A stretch of DNA of 33,408 bases from the UHGV virus genome UHGV-0124208. The stretch is one strand, 5' to 3'. A program made the position numbers and the translations under genes. The first letter of the stretch is position 1. Each line of letters starts with the position of its first letter. Below are positions 1-9,584 of the stretch, piece after piece. Under the pieces are notes generated by a model that had not been told where the DNA came from, ran no database searches, and saw nothing but the letters and a program-made list of their open reading frames with translations. This DNA comes from a virus.

Positions 1-1138
1 CGCTGAGCGGGAACACGGACGCGAGATCGTCAACAAACTCGCACATCAGCAGGTTCTGGTATTCGTCCGGGCTGTACTCCAAGCGTAGCTGGTCGAGGTC
101 GAACAGGTTACAGCCGCCGCGCACCGCATCTTCCACGGTGACTATCTGGCGGTATTGCCCGTCTGCGCACAGCAGGCCTGGGGCCAGATTGCTGTGGGAC
201 AGGTCGATGTCCACCTTGTCAGCTTTGTTGCGTCCACGGTTGAACAGCGCACCGGACCAGAACGGATAAGCACTGTGGGTCAGGCTGGATGGCGTGGAAA
301 AATAGGTTTGTCGCCATTTTTTGTGAATAGCCATCCCGGAAGCCACTTTGCGCAGCTCCTGGAATTTCGGTATCCAGAAATATTCATCCAGATACAGGTT
401 GCCGTGATAACTCTGGGCCGTGCGGGCATTGGTGCCGAGGAAGTAAAGCGTGGCTCCGTTAGGAAGCACCATCGGATCGCCTTTCAGCTCCACCTCGACT
501 TCTTTGGCGAAGTCGATGATGTATTGTTTAAAGACGTGGGCCTGAGCCTTACTGGCAGAAAGGAAAATCTGGTTACGTCCGGTAAGTAGGGCGTCAATCA
601 GGGCTTCACGGGCAAAATAGAAGGTCGCGCCGATCTGGCGTGACTTCAGCAGGTTGCGGATGCGGTTGGTTTTTCCGGCTTCCCACCAGTGGCGCTGGTA
701 GTTGAACATGGAGGAATGGAAGATTTCTTCCAGCTTCTCAATCTGCTCATCGGTGAAAACATTCTTTTCCGGCTGACGGCGTGGGCCTTTATTGCGGTTG
801 GCGACGTTAGGGTTTAAGTCGGCTTCGTTGCCGCCATTGTTAAACTTGCCGATCCGCGCGTGGCGCTCAGACTGGCGCGCCAGCAGGTCAATCTCTTTGA
901 AATCTTTCCCTTCTTTGTGCTCCTTCATAATGAGCTGGCAGTAGCGTGCGGCGGTGGTGAGCTGCATCTGATCCAGCGGCCCATAGTCACCCCACTTGTC
1001 GCGTTTTTTCCAGCTGTGAACGGTTGCAACTTTCTCGCCCAGCATTTCAGCAATGCGGGCTACGCGGTATCCCTGAAAGTACAGCAGCATGGCCTGCCGA
1101 CGGGGATCGAGATCTGCGGGTGTCAGTGTGGTGTTCAT
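1..1138 (-). CDS. P: Terminase large (ATPase) subunit gpP, N-terminal 379 codons; ORF runs off the window start and continues in frame at 32783..33408
   Basis: Manual translation of the minus strand from ATG (rc of cat at 1136-1138) gives [36 protein letters not shown]... with no stop down to position 1. It sits divergent from O, as in P2. Not in the ORF track because it lacks an in-window stop. Confidence 0.85.
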   Translation of the reverse strand, partial: MNTTLTPADLDPRRQAMLLYFQGYRVARIAEMLGEKVATVHSWKKRDKWGDYGPLDQMQLTTAARYCQLIMKEHKEGKDFKEIDLLARQSERHARIGKFNNGGNEADLNPNVANRNKGPRRQPEKNVFTDEQIEKLEEIFHSSMFNYQRHWWEAGKTNRIRNLLKSRQIGATFYFAREALIDALLTGRNQIFLSASKAQAHVFKQYIIDFAKEVEVELKGDPMVLPNGATLYFLGTNARTAQSYHGNLYLDEYFWIPKFQELRKVASGMAIHKKWRQTYFSTPSSLTHSAYPFWSGALFNRGRNKADKVDIDLSHSNLAPGLLCADGQYRQIVTVEDAVRGGCNLFDLDQLRLEYSPDEYQNLLMCEFVDDLASVFPLS

Positions 1139-1184
1139 GGCACAAACCTACAGCCTTGAATGACGGCTTTCCCCGCCTGCGGTT

Positions 1185-1202
1185 TGTGTGGTTGTCGGTA
1201 CA
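1185..1202. promoter_or_regulatory. TGT-N12-ACA dyad (Ogr/Delta-type late-promoter activator site) in the divergent P/O control region
   Basis: Sequence TGTGTGGTTGTCGGTACA read directly; P2 late promoters carry a TGT-N12-ACA element near -55 (established knowledge). Which of the two divergent promoters it serves is not resolved. Confidence 0.5.
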
Positions 1203-1280
1203 AATACCGCGCATTGTTTCACTGCCCCCATCACCGCAACCATAAGGCTCCAGTAAGTTTTTTCTAACGGAGCACGGCTC

Positions 1281-2114
1281 ATGACAGTGAAAGCAAAGCG
1301 TTTTCGCATCGGGGTGGAAGGTGCCACCACCGACGGACGCGAAATCCAGCGTGAATGGCTGGAACAGATGGCAGCCAGCTACAACCCGGCGGTGTATACC
1401 GCGCTGATTAACCTTGAGCACATCAAGTCTTATCTGCCGGACAGCACCTTTAACCGCTACGGCAAGGTGACGGCGCTGTTTGCTGAAGAAATCACGGAAG
1501 GTCCGCTGGCAGGCAAGATGGCGCTGTATGCCGACGTTGAGCCAACGGAGTCCCTGGTGGAGCTGGTGAAAAAAGGCCAGAAATTATTCACCTCTATGGA
1601 AGTCAGCCCGAAGTTCGCTGATACGGGCAAAGCCTACCTGGTCGGCCTGGCTGCCACTGATGACCCTGCCAGTCTGGGCACTGAAATGCTGACATTCAGC
1701 GCCAGTGCAGCCCATAACCCACTGGCAAACCGCAAGCAGAATCCTGCCAATCTCTTTACCGCTGCAGAGGAAACGGTGATCGAACTGGAAGAAATCCAGG
1801 ACGACAAACCGTCCCTGTTTGCCCGTGTCACGGCGCTGTTTACCAAAAAAGATCAGTCCGATGACGCCCGGTTCTCTGATGTGCATAAGGCCGTGGAGCT
1901 GGTCGCCACTGAGCAGCAGAACCTGAGCGCACGCACCGAAAAATCCCTGTCTGAGCAGGAAGAACGCCTGTCTGAGCTGGAGACTGCCCTGCAGGCACAG
2001 CAAACCGCCTTTAACGAACTGGTGGACAAGCTGAGTCATGAAGACAGCCGCCAGGACTACCGCCAGCGTGCAACAGGCGGTAACGCCCCCGCTGACAGTC
2101 TGACCAATTGCTGA
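1281..2114 (+). CDS. O: Capsid scaffolding protein gpO
   Basis: 277-aa ORF directly upstream of the major capsid gene; position and size match P2 gpO (about 284 aa). Confidence 0.85.
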   Translation: MTVKAKRFRIGVEGATTDGREIQREWLEQMAASYNPAVYTALINLEHIKSYLPDSTFNRYGKVTALFAEEITEGPLAGKMALYADVEPTESLVELVKKGQKLFTSMEVSPKFADTGKAYLVGLAATDDPASLGTEMLTFSASAAHNPLANRKQNPANLFTAAEETVIELEEIQDDKPSLFARVTALFTKKDQSDDARFSDVHKAVELVATEQQNLSARTEKSLSEQEERLSELETALQAQQTAFNELVDKLSHEDSRQDYRQRATGGNAPADSLTNC

Positions 2115-2130
2115 TGGAGCACAAAACCCG

Positions 2131-3189
2131 ATGAAGAAGAATACCCGCTTTGCTTTTAACGCTTACCTGCAGCAGCTGGCGCGTCTGAACGGTGTGGCAG
2201 TTGAAGAACTGTCCAGCAAGTTCACCGTGGAGCCGTCTGTGCAGCAGACGCTGGAAGACCAGATCCAGCAATCCGCCGCTTTCCTGACGCTGATTAACGT
2301 CACGCCAGTGACCGAGCAGTCCGGTCAGCTGCTGGGGTTGGGTGTTGGTAGCACCATTGCCGGAACCACTGACACCACCGCGAAAGAGCGTGAACCTGTC
2401 GATCCTACGCTGATAGTCGATGTGGAATACAAATGCGAGCAGACCAACTTTGACACGGTGCTGACCTACGCGAAGCTGGACCTGTGGGCGAAGTTTCAGG
2501 ATTTCCAGGTGCGTATTCGTGACGCGATCGTGAAACGTCAGGCACTGGACCGCATCATGATCGGCTTTAACGGCGTGAAGCGTGCGAAAACCTCAAACCG
2601 TAGCGAAAACCCGCTGCTGCAGGATGTGAATAAAGGCTGGCTGCAGAAAATCCGTGAGGATGCACCGGATCACGTCATGGGCAGCACCACCACGGGCGGT
2701 GAAACCACACCGGGTGCGGTGAAAGTCGGGAAAGGTGGCGAATATGCCAACCTGGACGCCGTGGTGATGGATGCCGTCAATGAGCTTATCGACGTGGTCT
2801 ACCAGGACGATGACGATCTGGTGGTGATTTGCGGTCGTGAACTGTTGTCTGACAAGTATTTCCCGCTGGTCAACAAAGAGCAGGAGAACAGTGAAAAACT
2901 GGCTGCAGATATGATCATCAGCCAGAAACGCATGGGTGGCCTGCAGGCCGTGCGTGCGCCGTTCTTCCCGCCGAATGCGCTGCTGATCACCCGTCTGGAT
3001 AACCTGTCCATCTACTGGCAGGAGGATACCCGCCGCCGTTCAGTTATCGACAACCCGAAACGTGACCGGATTGAAAACTTTGAATCCGTTAACGAAGCCT
3101 ATGTGGTTGAGGACTACCGCTGCGCCGCACTGGTGGAAAACATCCAGATTGGCGACTTCAGCGCCGCCGCAGCAGAAACCGGAGCGTAA
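2131..3189 (+). CDS. N: Major capsid protein gpN
   Basis: 352-aa ORF (P2 N is about 357 aa); translation contains stretches I recall from P2 gpN (e.g. KFTVEPSV, DLWAKFQDFQVRIRDAIVKRQ, AADMIISQKR). Confidence 0.9.
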   Translation: MKKNTRFAFNAYLQQLARLNGVAVEELSSKFTVEPSVQQTLEDQIQQSAAFLTLINVTPVTEQSGQLLGLGVGSTIAGTTDTTAKEREPVDPTLIVDVEYKCEQTNFDTVLTYAKLDLWAKFQDFQVRIRDAIVKRQALDRIMIGFNGVKRAKTSNRSENPLLQDVNKGWLQKIREDAPDHVMGSTTTGGETTPGAVKVGKGGEYANLDAVVMDAVNELIDVVYQDDDDLVVICGRELLSDKYFPLVNKEQENSEKLAADMIISQKRMGGLQAVRAPFFPPNALLITRLDNLSIYWQEDTRRRSVIDNPKRDRIENFESVNEAYVVEDYRCAALVENIQIGDFSAAAAETGA

Positions 3190-3192
3190 TCC

Positions 3193-3843
3193 ATGAGCCT
3201 GAGTCCCGCACGGCAGCATCGCCTGCGCGTTCAGGCTGAACAGGCCGCCCGCGAGGGCGGCAGCGTTCGCCACGCGTCGGGCTATGACCTGATGCTGCTG
3301 CAACTGGCGGAAGACCGACGCCGTCTCAAGGGTGTTCAGTCCACGGTCAAAAAAGCGGAAATCAAAGTGGAGCTGCTGCCGAAGTACGCCGCCTGGGCGG
3401 AGGGTGTTCTGGCTGCCGGAGGCGCTCAACAGGATGACGTGCTGATGTACGTGATGCTGTGGCGTATTGATGCCGGAGATTATGCCGGGGCGCTGGAGAT
3501 CGGGCGTCATGCCCTGCGTCATGGCTGGGTGATGCCGCTGGGTAACCGCAACGTGCAGACCGTGCTGGCAGAGGAAATGGCAGACGCGGCACAGAGCGCA
3601 ATGCTTGCCACTACCGGCTTTGATGCCGATCTGTTGCTGCAGACGCTGGAGCTGACAGACGGTCTGGATATGCCGGACCAGTCACGGGCGCGTCTGCATA
3701 AAGCGATTGGCGCTGTCCTGAGTGAAAGTAATCCGGCTTCCGCCCTTAATCATCTCAACCATGCGTTACAGCTCGATCCCCGCTGTGGCGTGAAAAAAGA
3801 CAAACAGCAGCTGGAGCGCAGACTGCGCAATGACAGCCGCTGA
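3193..3843 (+). CDS. M: Terminase small subunit / endonuclease gpM
   Basis: 216-aa ORF after N; contains MYVMLWRIDAGDYAGALEIGRHAL, which resembles the P2 gpM core as I recall it. Confidence 0.8.
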   Translation: MSLSPARQHRLRVQAEQAAREGGSVRHASGYDLMLLQLAEDRRRLKGVQSTVKKAEIKVELLPKYAAWAEGVLAAGGAQQDDVLMYVMLWRIDAGDYAGALEIGRHALRHGWVMPLGNRNVQTVLAEEMADAAQSAMLATTGFDADLLLQTLELTDGLDMPDQSRARLHKAIGAVLSESNPASALNHLNHALQLDPRCGVKKDKQQLERRLRNDSR

Positions 3844-3938
3844 CAGAACGTGCCCCCGCGCACGGGCGGCACGGGGTGGCGAAAGGCACTGCCACATCAA
3901 AACCCCGTCCACCGCCCTTTATTTCAGGAGAAAGCAGC

Positions 3939-4403
3939 ATGAAGTTTGTTGCGCCAGAACAGGCACCGGAACAGGCGGAAATCATCAGAAATACGCCGTT
4001 CTGGCCTGATGTGGACCTGTCGGAGTTTCGCAGCGTGATGCGCACTGACGGCACGGTGACGCAGCCGCGTTTAAAACAGGTTGCGCTGTCGGCAATTTCG
4101 GAGGTCAACGCAGAGCTGTATGAGTTTCGCAGACGTCAGCAGATGCTGGGATATGCCTCGCTGGCAGAGGTTCCGGCGGAACAGCTGGACGGCAAAAGTG
4201 AGCGCATTCATCACTATTTCAACGCGGTTTACTGCTGGGCACGCGCCATGCTCAACGAGCGTTATCAGGACTATGACGCCACGGCATCCGGTGTGAAGCG
4301 GGGCGAGGAACTGGCGGAAGCAAGCGGTGATTTGTGGCGTGACGCCCGCTGGGCCATCAGCCGGGTGCAGGATGCGCCGCACTGCACAGTGGAGCTTATC
4401 TGA
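3939..4403 (+). CDS. L: Head completion/stabilisation protein gpL
   Basis: ATG at 3939 preceded by GGAGAAAGCAGC; the track start at 3876 is a GTG without an RBS. Product begins MKFVAPEQ... and contains NAELYEFRRRQ and LWRDARWAISRVQ, P2 gpL-like. Confidence 0.8.
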   Translation: MKFVAPEQAPEQAEIIRNTPFWPDVDLSEFRSVMRTDGTVTQPRLKQVALSAISEVNAELYEFRRRQQMLGYASLAEVPAEQLDGKSERIHHYFNAVYCWARAMLNERYQDYDATASGVKRGEELAEASGDLWRDARWAISRVQDAPHCTVELI

Positions 4404-4606
4404 TGAAAGTGCGTGCGCATCAGTATGACACGGTGGACGCGCTTTGCTGGCGTCATTACGGGCGCACGCAGGGTGTCACGGAGCAGGTACTGAAGGCAAA
4501 TCCGGGGCTTGCCGAATACGGCCCCTTTTTACCTCACGGGCTGCAGGTGGAGCTGCCGGACATACCGACAACCACCACCGTGCAGACCGTCCAGCTATGG
4601 GACTGA
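4403..4606 (+). CDS. X: Tail protein X
   Basis: 67-aa ORF; the motifs YGRTQGVTEQVLKANPGLAE and LPHGLQVELPD resemble P2 gpX; start overlaps the L stop. Confidence 0.85.
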   Translation: MKVRAHQYDTVDALCWRHYGRTQGVTEQVLKANPGLAEYGPFLPHGLQVELPDIPTTTTVQTVQLWD

Positions 4607-4609
4607 ATT

Positions 4610-4825
4610 ATGACGCTTGAGCGAATCAGTGCCTTTATCACGTATTGCATCGCCGTCGTGCTGGCCTGGCTGGGCGATTTGTCCATCAAGGATGCCTCAA
4701 CGCTGGGCGGCCTGATGATTGGTGTGCTGATGCTGGCTATCAACTGGTACTACAAACACAAAGCCTACCAGCTTCTGCGCGACGGGCAGATCTCGCGGGA
4801 GGACTATGAATCCATCAATCGTTAA
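4610..4825 (+). CDS. Holin, two predicted TM helices (pinholin-like)
   Basis: 71-aa ORF with two hydrophobic segments (AFITYCIAVVLAWLG; LGGLMIGVLMLAINWYY) and a charged C-terminus; immediately upstream of, and overlapping, the endolysin gene. Confidence 0.7.
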   Translation: MTLERISAFITYCIAVVLAWLGDLSIKDASTLGGLMIGVLMLAINWYYKHKAYQLLRDGQISREDYESINR

Positions 4826-5318
4826 ACGCTGCCTTGTCGGGGCCGTGCTGGCTATTGCTGCCGCGCTACCGGGTTTTCAGCAGCTTCACACCTCCGTGGA
4901 GGGGCTGAAACTGATTGCCGATTACGAAGGCTGTCGTCTGCAGCCGTATCAGTGCAGCGCGGGTGTCTGGACCGACGGCATTGGTAATACATCTGGCGTC
5001 ATTCCAGGCAAAACCATTACGGAACGACAGGCCGCGGAAGGGCTGATCTCCAACGTGCTGCGTGTGGAGCGGGCACTGGAAAGGTGTGTGAAGCAACAGC
5101 CACCGCAGAAAGTGTATGACGCGGTGGTGTCATTTACCTTCAACGTGGGGACAGGCAATGCCTGCAGTTCCACGCTGGTGAAATTGCTCAATCAGCGGCG
5201 CTGGGCGGATGCGTGCCGACAGTTGCCGCGCTGGGTTTATGTAAAAGGTGTGTTTAATCAGGGGCTGGATAACCGCCGTGCGCGGGAGATGGCCTGGTGT
5301 TTACAGGGAGCAAACTGA
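4806..5318 (+). CDS. Endolysin, lysozyme-type, with N-terminal signal-arrest-release (SAR) segment
   Basis: 170-aa ORF; N-terminal weakly hydrophobic CLVGAVLAIAAALPGF segment followed by an EG...D...T lysozyme-like catalytic pattern (LIADYEGCRLQPYQCSAGVWTDGIGNT). Confidence 0.8.
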   Translation: MNPSIVKRCLVGAVLAIAAALPGFQQLHTSVEGLKLIADYEGCRLQPYQCSAGVWTDGIGNTSGVIPGKTITERQAAEGLISNVLRVERALERCVKQQPPQKVYDAVVSFTFNVGTGNACSSTLVKLLNQRRWADACRQLPRWVYVKGVFNQGLDNRRAREMAWCLQGAN

Positions 5319-5319
5319 A

Positions 5320-5697
5320 ATGAAAAAGAAATTAATCAGCGGACTGTTTCTGATGTTATGGATGGCGCTGTTAATCGCAGCAATGGTGTATCCGCAGGGG
5401 ATTTTTCCGGTACTGGCAGCGTCCGGCGTTTGGGTAGCCTGTTTGCTGACATGGGCGGTAATTCCGGTAGCACTGGCTGCGTTAATTAAGAATGGCCCGC
5501 TCTGGCAGGAGTTGAGGGCATCTTTGCTGAAGACAATTACCCGAAAAGAAAACGTATTTATCAGCTGGGTGATGCGATTGCTGATTGTCGTCAGTCTCGC
5601 CTGGACGGGGTGGGCTATTACCCTGGTCTTTTATCTACTGACCGTTATTGCCTTCTGGATCACCCGTAATCAGATGGCGCAACAGGTAGCAGCATGA
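5320..5697 (+). CDS. lysA: LysA-like lysis-region membrane protein (about 4 TM)
   Basis: ATG at 5320 (MKKKLISGLF...) right after the endolysin stop; the product is almost entirely hydrophobic helices. Position matches P2 lysA. The track start at 5248 lies inside the endolysin gene. Confidence 0.65.
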   Translation: MKKKLISGLFLMLWMALLIAAMVYPQGIFPVLAASGVWVACLLTWAVIPVALAALIKNGPLWQELRASLLKTITRKENVFISWVMRLLIVVSLAWTGWAITLVFYLLTVIAFWITRNQMAQQVAA

Positions 5698-6122
5698 ACC
5701 GGTTGCTGCTGGTTGTGCTGGCGTTATTACTGGCGGCGCTGGGCTGGCAGACGTGGCGGCTGGCTGATGCCAGCCAGACCATCAGCACGCAGGCAGACGA
5801 GCTGCAGAGCAAAAGCCAGGCACTGGCAAAGAGCAACAGCCAGCTTATCAGCCTGTCCATTCTGACTGAAACCAATAACCGGGAGCAGGCGCGGCTCTAT
5901 GCCGAAGCAGAACAGACCAGCACACTGCTGAGTCAACGACAACACCGGATCGAGGAACTGAAACGTGAGAACGAGGATTTACGCCGCTGGGCTGATACTC
6001 CTTTGCCTGCTGACATTATCCGGCTGCGGGAACGTCCGACACTCACCGGAGGTGCAGCTTACCGTCAGTGGTTGTCCGCGAGTGACGCCGTGTCGGCTGG
6101 ATCAGGCAGCGCCGCGCACTAA
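5694..6122 (+). CDS. lysB: LysB / Rz-like inner-membrane spanin
   Basis: 142-aa ORF with an N-terminal TM anchor (LLLVVLALLLAALGW) then a coiled-coil-like Q/E/R/L-rich region; position matches P2 lysB. Confidence 0.75.
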   Translation: MNRLLLVVLALLLAALGWQTWRLADASQTISTQADELQSKSQALAKSNSQLISLSILTETNNREQARLYAEAEQTSTLLSQRQHRIEELKRENEDLRRWADTPLPADIIRLRERPTLTGGAAYRQWLSASDAVSAGSGSAAH

Positions 6123-6255
6123 CGGTGATCTGAACGCGTTGCTGGATGAAACGGAGGCCGCCTGGGCGGTCTGTGCAGACAAAGTGGACATGATTATTGC
6201 GTGTCAGGAGCGAAACAGTGAACAAACCACAATCCCTGCGCCACGCCCTCAATAA
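5965..6255 (+). CDS. lysC: LysC / Rz1-like outer-membrane lipoprotein spanin, overlapping lysB in the +1 frame
   Basis: Begins in a different frame inside the 3' end of lysB; product has a lipobox (LLTLSGC) and a Pro-rich tail. Start codon uncertain. Confidence 0.65.
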   Translation: MRTRIYAAGLILLCLLTLSGCGNVRHSPEVQLTVSGCPRVTPCRLDQAAPRTNGDLNALLDETEAAWAVCADKVDMIIACQERNSEQTTIPAPRPQ

Positions 6256-6649
6256 AGCGGTGCCTTATGTCCGCAATAACCCGGACAAACTGCATCTGTT
6301 TGTGGATAACGGTTCGCTGGTTGCCACGGGGGCCAGCTCCATGTCGTGGGAGTACCGTTACACCCTGAACGCGGTGATTGAGGATTTCAGCGGCGACCAG
6401 AATCTGCTGATGGCCCCGGTTTTGCTGTGGCTGAGGGATAACCAGCCCGATGCCATCAATAACCCGGCGTTACGGGAAAAACTATTCACCTTTGAGGTGG
6501 ATATTCTGCGCAACGATGTCTGTGATATCAGCCTGAACCTGCAACTGACGGAGCGTGTGTTGGTCAGCACTGACGGCAGTGTGTCGAGCGTTGAAGCTGT
6601 AGCGGAACCTTATGAACCTGAAGAAATGTGGACGGTGAAACGTGGCTGA
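6218..6649 (+). CDS. R: Tail completion protein gpR
   Basis: Start chosen at GTG 6218, preceded by AGGAG at 6205-6209; the track's TTG at 6197 is less likely. Product contains LHLFVDNGSLVATGA and LLWLRDNQPD, P2 R-like. Confidence 0.75.
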   Translation: MNKPQSLRHALNKAVPYVRNNPDKLHLFVDNGSLVATGASSMSWEYRYTLNAVIEDFSGDQNLLMAPVLLWLRDNQPDAINNPALREKLFTFEVDILRNDVCDISLNLQLTERVLVSTDGSVSSVEAVAEPYEPEEMWTVKRG

Positions 6650-7088
6650 ATTGCAGAAGGTGGACGACTGGCTGAGTGCCTTGCTGGCGAATCTGGAGCC
6701 AGCCGCAAGAAGCCGCATGATGCGCCAGCTGGCGCAGGAACTGCGCCGGACACAGCAGCAGAATATCAGGATGCAGCGCAACCCTGATGGCAGCAGTTAT
6801 GAACCGCGCAGGCTAACAGCAAGCAGCAAAAAGGGGCGCATCAAACGTCAGATGTTTACAAAGCTGCGCACCACAAAATACCTGAAAACTGCTGCCAGCG
6901 CCGATTCTGCCAGCGTGCAGTTTGAAGGTAAGGTGCAGCGCATTGCCCGCGTTCACCATTACGGCTTGCGTGATCGCGTCAGTCGCAAAGGACCTGAGGT
7001 CCGTTATGCAGAGCGTCGCCTTCTGGGTGTAAATGATGATGTTGAGGCAATGACCCGCGACATGATTCTGCAATGGCTGGCGGGGTGA
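6642..7088 (+). CDS. S: Tail completion protein gpS
   Basis: 148-aa ORF overlapping the R stop (GTG start as in the track); position and size as P2 gpS. Confidence 0.75.
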   Translation: MAELQKVDDWLSALLANLEPAARSRMMRQLAQELRRTQQQNIRMQRNPDGSSYEPRRLTASSKKGRIKRQMFTKLRTTKYLKTAASADSASVQFEGKVQRIARVHHYGLRDRVSRKGPEVRYAERRLLGVNDDVEAMTRDMILQWLAG

Positions 7089-7092
7089 TCTT

Positions 7093-7110
7093 TGTATCAG
7101 CACTGATACA
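7093..7110. promoter_or_regulatory. Perfect 18-bp palindrome TGTATCAGCACTGATACA (TGT-N12-ACA), candidate Ogr-dependent late promoter element for the V operon
   Basis: Read directly; centred about 55 bp upstream of the V ATG at 7157; matches the P2 late-promoter dyad pattern. Confidence 0.55.
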
Positions 7111-7156
7111 AGTTGCAGTACTGCCGCCTTTCTTCCCCTGATGGCAACCTTTCCCT

Positions 7157-7735
7157 ATGAACGCACAATTAACAGAAATCATGCGCCTTATCACCAACCT
7201 GATCCGCACTGGGGTAGTCACCGAAGTGGACCGGGAGAACTGGCTTTGCCGGGTGAAAACGGGCGACCTCGAAACCAACTGGATCAGCTGGCTGACGCTG
7301 CGTGCCGGGAATGCCCGGACATGGTGGCGACCATCGGAAGGTGAGCAGGTGGTGCTGCTGAGTCTGGGCGGAAATCTGGAAACCGCCTTTGCGCTGCCCG
7401 CTGTGTATTCGAATCAGTTCGCACCACCGTCGACGTCGGCGGACGCCTGCGTGACAGAACATCCTGACGGTGGCTGGTTTGAATACGACCCCGCCACCGG
7501 GCGCTGGTATGTCAGGGGCATCAAATCAATGGTCATTGAGGCCGCTGACAACATCACCATGAAAACCAGTGAGTTTGTACTGGAGGCTGACCGCACGCGT
7601 ATTAACAGCGAAGTAGTGATCAATGGTGGCGTTACCCAGGGCGGCGGAGCGATGAGTTCTAACGGGATCGTGGTTGATGCGCATCAGCATACAGGCGTCC
7701 TGAAAGGCGGCGACACAACCGGAGGTCCGGTATGA
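7157..7735 (+). CDS. V: Baseplate assembly / spike protein gpV
   Basis: 192-aa ORF; N-terminus (LIRTGVVTEVD) and the WWRPSEGEQVVLLSLGG stretch resemble P2 gpV. Confidence 0.85.
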   Translation: MNAQLTEIMRLITNLIRTGVVTEVDRENWLCRVKTGDLETNWISWLTLRAGNARTWWRPSEGEQVVLLSLGGNLETAFALPAVYSNQFAPPSTSADACVTEHPDGGWFEYDPATGRWYVRGIKSMVIEAADNITMKTSEFVLEADRTRINSEVVINGGVTQGGGAMSSNGIVVDAHQHTGVLKGGDTTGGPV

Positions 7736-8091
7736 CGCTTTATAGCGGGATGAACAATACCAGCGGCAAAGTCATTACTGATATTGACCATCTGCGCCAG
7801 TCGGTGCGGGACATTCTGCTGACGCCGCAGGGTAGCCGCATTGCCCGCCGGGAATATGGTTCCCTGCTGTCGGCACTGATAGATCAGCCACAAAATCCGG
7901 CGTTACGCCTGCAGGTTATGTCGGCTGTGTATGTGGCACTGAGTCGCTGGGAGCCACGGCTGACGCTGGATTCCATCACTATTAACAGCAATTTTGACGG
8001 TTCAATGGTGGTGGAGCTGACCGGGCTGCGGAGTAACGGTGTGCCTGTTTCCCTTTCCGTATCAACAGGAGCAGAGAATGGCAGTGATTGA
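7732..8091 (+). CDS. W: Baseplate wedge protein gpW
   Basis: 119-aa ORF overlapping the V stop (ATGA); contains LLTPQGSRIARREYGS, typical of the gpW / T4 gp25 family. Confidence 0.85.
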   Translation: MTLYSGMNNTSGKVITDIDHLRQSVRDILLTPQGSRIARREYGSLLSALIDQPQNPALRLQVMSAVYVALSRWEPRLTLDSITINSNFDGSMVVELTGLRSNGVPVSLSVSTGAENGSD

Positions 8092-8986
8092 CCTTTCGCA
8101 GTTGCCTGCGCCGCAGATTGTGGATGTGCCGGACTTTGAGACGCTGCTTGCCGAACGCAAGGCCGAATTTGTGGCGCTTCATCCGAAAGATGAGCAGGAA
8201 GCAGTGATCCGCACGCTGGAACTGGAATCTGAACCCGTTACCAAATTGTTGCAGGAGAACGCTTATCGTGAGTTGCTTCTGCGCCAGCGCATTAACGAAG
8301 CCGCGCAGGCGGTGATGGTGGCTTATGCCATAGGGAGCGATCTGGACCAGCTCGCTGCCAATTACAACGTGAAACGCCTGACGGTGACGCCTGCTGATAA
8401 TGACGCTATACCGCCCGTTGCGGCTGTGATGGAAAGTGATGAAGCGTTACGCCTGCGTGTGCCTGCAGCCTTTGAAGGGCTTTCAGTTGCGGGGCCAACT
8501 GCAGCTTATGAATTTCATGCCCGAAGCGCCGACGGTCGGGTGGCGGATGCCAGTGCAACCAGCCCGGCACCTGCAGAGGTGGTGCTGACTGTCCTTAGCC
8601 GCGAAGGCGATGGAACTGCAGAAAAAGACCTGCTGGACGTGGTGGAAAAAGCTCTGAACAGTGAGAACGTCCGCCCGGTGGCTGACCGTCTGACGGTTCG
8701 CAGCGCAGAAATCATCCCGTACCGCGTGGAAGCCACCATTTTTCTCTATCCGGGGCCGGAAGCAGAGCCGGTAATGGCAGCGGCAAAAGCCAGCCTGCAG
8801 AGGTACATCGCCAGTCAGACGCGGCTGGGTCGGGATATTCGCCGTAGCGCCATTTTTGCCGCCCTGCATGTGGAGGGTGTGCAGCGTGTGGAACTGGCTT
8901 CCCCGCTGGCGGATGTGGTCCTGAACAAAACGCAGGCGGCATCATGTACGCAGTGGAGCGTGACCAACGGGGGAACGGATGAATAG
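8078..8986 (+). CDS. J: Baseplate protein gpJ
   Basis: ATG at 8078 preceded by AGGAGCAGAGA gives a 302-aa product (P2 J is about 302 aa); the track start at 8039 is a GTG upstream extension. Confidence 0.85.
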   Translation: MAVIDLSQLPAPQIVDVPDFETLLAERKAEFVALHPKDEQEAVIRTLELESEPVTKLLQENAYRELLLRQRINEAAQAVMVAYAIGSDLDQLAANYNVKRLTVTPADNDAIPPVAAVMESDEALRLRVPAAFEGLSVAGPTAAYEFHARSADGRVADASATSPAPAEVVLTVLSREGDGTAEKDLLDVVEKALNSENVRPVADRLTVRSAEIIPYRVEATIFLYPGPEAEPVMAAAKASLQRYIASQTRLGRDIRRSAIFAALHVEGVQRVELASPLADVVLNKTQAASCTQWSVTNGGTDE

Positions 8987-9584
8987 TCTGCTGCCACCGG
9001 GTTCAACACCACTGGAGCGCCGACTGGCGCACACCTGCAGCGGGATTTCTGATCTGCAGGTGCCACTGCGTGACTTATGGAATCCGGCGACCTGTCCGGT
9101 CAGTTTCCTGCCTTATCTCGCCTGGGCATTCTCTGTGGATCGCTGGGACGAGAGCTGGACAGAAAGCGTCAAGCGCCAGGTGGTGAAGGATGCTTTTTAT
9201 ATTCATCAGCATAAAGGGACCACCAGTGCCGTGCGGCGGGTGGTGGAGCCGTTCGGCTTTCTGATCCGCATTATTGAGTGGTGGCAGACCGGAGAGGCAC
9301 CGGGCACGTTTCGCCTGGATATCGGCGTGCAGGACCAGGGCATCACTGAAGATACCTATCTGGAACTTGAGCGACTGATAAGCGATGCCAAACCATGTAG
9401 CCGCCACATGATCGGCATGTCCATCAATCTGCAGACCAGCGGACCGCATTGGGTGGGAGCCGCCAGCTATCTTGGCGAAGAAATCACGATCTATCCGTAT
9501 ATCAACGAAACGATTATTTCCGGTGGCACCGCGCATGAAGGCGGGGCGGTCCATGTTATTGACACAATGAGAGTGAATCCATGA
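8979..9584 (+). CDS. I: Baseplate / tail protein gpI
   Basis: 201-aa ORF overlapping the J stop; position between J and H as in P2. Confidence 0.8.
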   Translation: MNSLLPPGSTPLERRLAHTCSGISDLQVPLRDLWNPATCPVSFLPYLAWAFSVDRWDESWTESVKRQVVKDAFYIHQHKGTTSAVRRVVEPFGFLIRIIEWWQTGEAPGTFRLDIGVQDQGITEDTYLELERLISDAKPCSRHMIGMSINLQTSGPHWVGAASYLGEEITIYPYINETIISGGTAHEGGAVHVIDTMRVNP

